This document shows positions 60,561-64,000 of a stretch of DNA of 64,000 nt, one piece after another; position 1 is the first letter of the stretch, and the number at the start of each line of letters is the position of its first letter. This DNA is from Hormiphora californensis (Eukaryota > Animalia > Ctenophora), in the NCBI GenBank assembly GCA_020137815.1, contig CM035362.1, positions 1,674,001 to 1,738,000 on the forward strand, in the 5' to 3' direction. The position numbers and the translations under genes are program-made. The notes below the pieces were generated by a model that had not been told where the DNA came from, did not search any database, and worked only from the letters and a program-made list of their open reading frames with translations.

Positions 60561-63224
60561 CTAAGTTGTCAGACATTCATTCTGGAAAGTGTAATTTTAC
60601 CGAATTTTGGGACCAGCAGCTGACCGGGTACATAACTAATCTGAGTAATGAGTATAAACACTCAAAGTATCAAGTTTAAAACTTAATTAACTAATTTATT
60701 TATTTATTAATTAATTAGTTATTGTGTTACCTGCATTCCATGTTTTCTGAATATCAATAACAGAACAATGAGTGCCACAACAGCAGGCAGACAGATCCCC
60801 ACTGCTAGCAAAGCCTTGTTTGAACTCGACTCCTTCTTCTTATCCTTTGCTGGTTTGGCACACAGGAATGGTTTGGGAAGGGAGCAGTCGGAGAGAAACA
60901 CGCTGCCACCTAACACACTGGTGCAGGTGCTGGAGTCACGTGGGGCTAACGTCTCAGCAGAGACCTTATCTGGGGAGAAATGTAATTCAGGATAACAGAT
61001 TATTCGGGTCCATTAATTATTGTTTACAATTCATACTATTGAGCAGGAACCGACCGAATCAGGAAATACTAGTCCTTGATTGGCTGATAACCAGTCACGT
61101 GACCTAAATAACGAGTTCTGATTGGCTGTTTACTTGTTTCGGTCGGTTCTTGCTATTGAGTGAACTCTCTGGCTCAAAACTTTAAAATATTGAAATGGAT
61201 AAAATGTACTTATAGAGAAACAAATGAGAATACCTCCGTTATTGAATGTCAGAACTCCACTTCTGTCTACATGAACTCCTATCCAGTGAGGCACAGTTAA
61301 TAGTACATCAGCTGATTTACCACTCAGTACCTCCTCAAACTGAGCCCTGAAATTCAAAGTGGTGCACACTGTGCTAGTCAAGAATTGTTTATCTGCAGTT
61401 AACTTTTTGATTTCCCTGCATGTGGACTCCACAGTGGAGGCAGCACGCAAGAGTTTAAAAAGACAAGGTTTACCGCATATTATTTTGTACCTTGAAGTAA
61501 TGCTGTGGCCGATTCCTACACAGCCCCTGTCTACTATCTCCTCCCAGGTTCCCTTCACTGCAGTCCTATAGACACAGTGTTTCAGTCCACCTGATGATGT
61601 CGTCTCGAACAAGAACCTATCATTCTGATCACAATCCTTCGTTGTTTTTACAGCTAGAAATTAGTTGTAACTTTACATTTAGCAAGAGCATTCTTCTAAA
61701 TCTAAGCACTAATGAGTTTGAAAATAAAATAATGTAAAATGTGATTACCTAAGCAGAGTCCGAATGCTTGTCTGTCTTTATCAGCCAGGTGTATAGCACT
61801 GTCATTTCCCCATAGATACCCTCTCAGGTTCACATTGGACACGTTACTAACGTTGAATACACTACCCAACCAACCTGAAATAAACAATGAATTAAAGAAA
61901 GAAATAACAATGAAGTGGTACTATAAAAAAATCTCACAAACTCTCTAGCCGTTTTGATTCTCAGATCGGCACTGTCAGACAGACAAACAATGGATAGATA
62001 ACAGGAACCGACCGACACAAGTAAACAACCAATCCGAACTCGTTATTTAGGTCACGTGACTGGATATCAGCCAATCAGGGACCATTATTTCCTGATTCGG
62101 TCGGTTCCTGATAGATAATATATCAGCTGAAATACTCCAAGGATCACCTGTTGTGAAGTGAGCTTTAGGAACGGCTTGGTTTGAGAGTGAGTAACCTTGT
62201 TTGGTACACACATCCCTTGCTGAACTGTGGGACAACAAGTGGGTCCGGTTCCTGGAAGGATCAGAAATATTAATACACTGGGAGGGAGGAGCATGTTGTC
62301 AAATGACACTCCTTTTTATATAACTGGTGGCGCCATTGCAATAAGATCGGGTCGGCGGGGGCGCCAGATGCAGCCTTTTGTGAGAAACCGCTTAGCAAAT
62401 GTAAACTCACGTTGTTTTGTAACAAAACCCATCAACCAGAATATCACTGTTATCTTCACAGACATCCCCTTCACCTGTCATGAATGTGGAAATTAATAAA
62501 TTAATAAAATGTTGTTGGTCTTAGCCGTGCGGCTTCCAAACACACAATACCTTTCTGAGAATCATTGTCCACTACTTCCTTCTTAGCGCCAGTAACACAG
62601 CTAAATGGCAGCACTTCCCCTTCACTTCTTATTACCAACTCCCCAGTTCCAGTTGTGTATAACATTGATTTAGGACTCCATACCATTTCATGTTTCTTCA
62701 GCACCAGGTTAGGTTTTATGTATAGTTCGGTCCAGAAACCTTGTCTGATAAGAAGGGTAGAGAATCTCTTGGGTCAATTAAATGGGTAACTTAAATGCTG
62801 AGGATTATGTTGAGTGCACTTATCGATATATGTTATTAGGTTAATGCAGGTGATCGCCATTAAGTTATCGATAAGAAATCGCCATTAACTTATCGTTATA
62901 GCTGCCAAAACAAGATATAATATTCTTCAATGGCACGAGGTTCTTTTCAAGCATATCACATATCTATGCATAACACCCGATCTAAGTGCAGTGTGCACTA
63001 GATTATTATGGCACATACTGACGATCAGGTAAATATTGACACTGACCCATTTTGGAGATGTGCGAGAGGAATTAGACTGGGGGCTGATCCACTGGGACAG
63101 ACACCAGAGACTGGGATTAAAGGCCCACCTTGATAACTCTGTTGCGATGGCTTCACACAGTATTTCTCTTTCCCGTTTATCGAAGAAGATTCTTGCCAAC
63201 CTTTATCACATGGCGTTGTGGTGT
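60561..63224 (-). CDS. Type I membrane protein with at least three divergent C-type lectin-like domains (mannose-receptor-like architecture), 5' end not identified
   Basis: Spliced exons give PCDKGWQ...KYCVK, GFWTEL, VCEDNSDILVDGFCYK...HSSARDVCTKQGYSL...GWLG, HCVYRTAVKGTWEE...HWIGV...LSDCSLPKPFLCAK, then TM ALLAVGICLPAVVALIVLLLIF-RK. Probable last exon 60581-60561 (NECLTT*). Confidence 0.8.
61044..61152. mobile_element. 109-bp hAT-like MITE
   Basis: TIR CAGGAACCGACCGA and 8-bp TSD CTATTGAG. Confidence 0.9.
62002..62110. mobile_element. 109-bp hAT-like MITE (same family, opposite orientation)
   Basis: TIR CAGGAACCGACCGA and 8-bp TSD ATAGATAA. Confidence 0.9.
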
Positions 63225-63567
63225 CTGAAATGAAACAAGGAGAGAGAAATGAAATTGCAAGGAGATCCGATATGGGGTTACGTTTTTAGCTTCATTGTCC
63301 GAGCTTGTTATGTTCTAACGCGCGAAAAAGTCTAACTTGGCAAGTCCGAGCTTCCATCAAAATATGGATTGAAAATTACCGAAAAATATCTAATTATGGC
63401 TGCCTCAAGATGAAGTATTATTAACCTTTAGTTTTAGTACACAAAAGTGGTAGTTTAGTTTTGCAGTTCTCCGTGTGGTACGAGCTATCAAACTTTAGGC
63501 ACAATGTACCGAAACTTAGTCCTCTTGTAACCCACGCTGAAAATGTCACAATATGTTAGTCCTTTAA

Positions 63568-63939
63568 CCCTTTGAGGGCGATAGGTCATATATGACACGG
63601 TCCATTCTAGACCGTCTGGAAGGCGCTACATGATGTCTAGGTGGCTAATTTTTTGTCACAAGCTAGTTTTAGGGATTTTGAACCCAAAACCACCTCCAAA
63701 TCTGCTCGGAAAATCGAAGAAATTTTTTTATGGCCCTTCTCGGGAGGCTAATTTAGGCCTTTTTTTAAAAACCCCTCTCAAATTTTTGTTTTTGAGGGGC
63801 ACAAATAATCCTTTGAAGGGATAAAACTACTTGGCATAACAAATCGAATGCAAAAAACCGCATCAAAAAATATTGAAAATTGAATGAGTTATTAACGTTT
63901 TAGTCGTTGTATCATATATGACTCTATCGTCCGTAAGGG
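63568..63939. mobile_element. piggyBac-like MITE
   Basis: TTAA|CCCTTTGAGGGCGATAGGTCATATATGAC, with a degenerate inverted copy TCATATATGACTCTATCGTCCGTAAGGG. The right TTAA is not preserved. Confidence 0.65.
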
Positions 63940-64000
63940 AATTCTAGTAACAAAAGTCATTTGTGCAAAAGTATGGGTCCAATAGTCAAATTTTATGCTT

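Overview
Eukaryotic (animal) genomic DNA with short GT-AG introns, many microsatellites and non-autonomous DNA transposons. The combination of compact introns, genes nested in introns and splice acceptors right before start codons suggests a ctenophore-like, non-bilaterian genome; this is inference and cannot be proven from the window. The backbone is a multi-exon VPS13B (COH1) gene on the minus strand, starting at 40031 and running off the left edge. I could join a VPS13B exon ending at 23905 to an isolated exon at 6462-6305, by both reading phase and recalled homology, which defines a ~17.4 kb intron. That intron holds at least three nested genes: (i) a two-exon, signal-peptide-bearing precursor with 13 QxRIF repeats, a candidate new family of non-amidated pyroGlu neuropeptides (12829-13630, +); (ii) an IFIT/TTC22-like TPR gene with a disrupted 3' half (17551-14001, -); (iii) a secreted Cys-rich protein (20417-23746, +). 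A divergent SLC7 cationic amino acid transporter (128-3111, +) lies beyond the 6462-6305 exon and is also overlapped by VPS13B. Upstream of VPS13B are an orphan class A GPCR with degenerate activation motifs (45655-42287, -), a ~12 kb stretch with no convincing gene, and a type I membrane protein with several C-type lectin-like domains (63224-60561, -). Tandem duplications repeatedly sit on exon-intron junctions, including a 33-bp array giving 29 in-frame donor sites in VPS13B, each unit carrying an RFX X-box-like motif. Gene models were assembled by hand and protein comparisons are from memory, not database searches.
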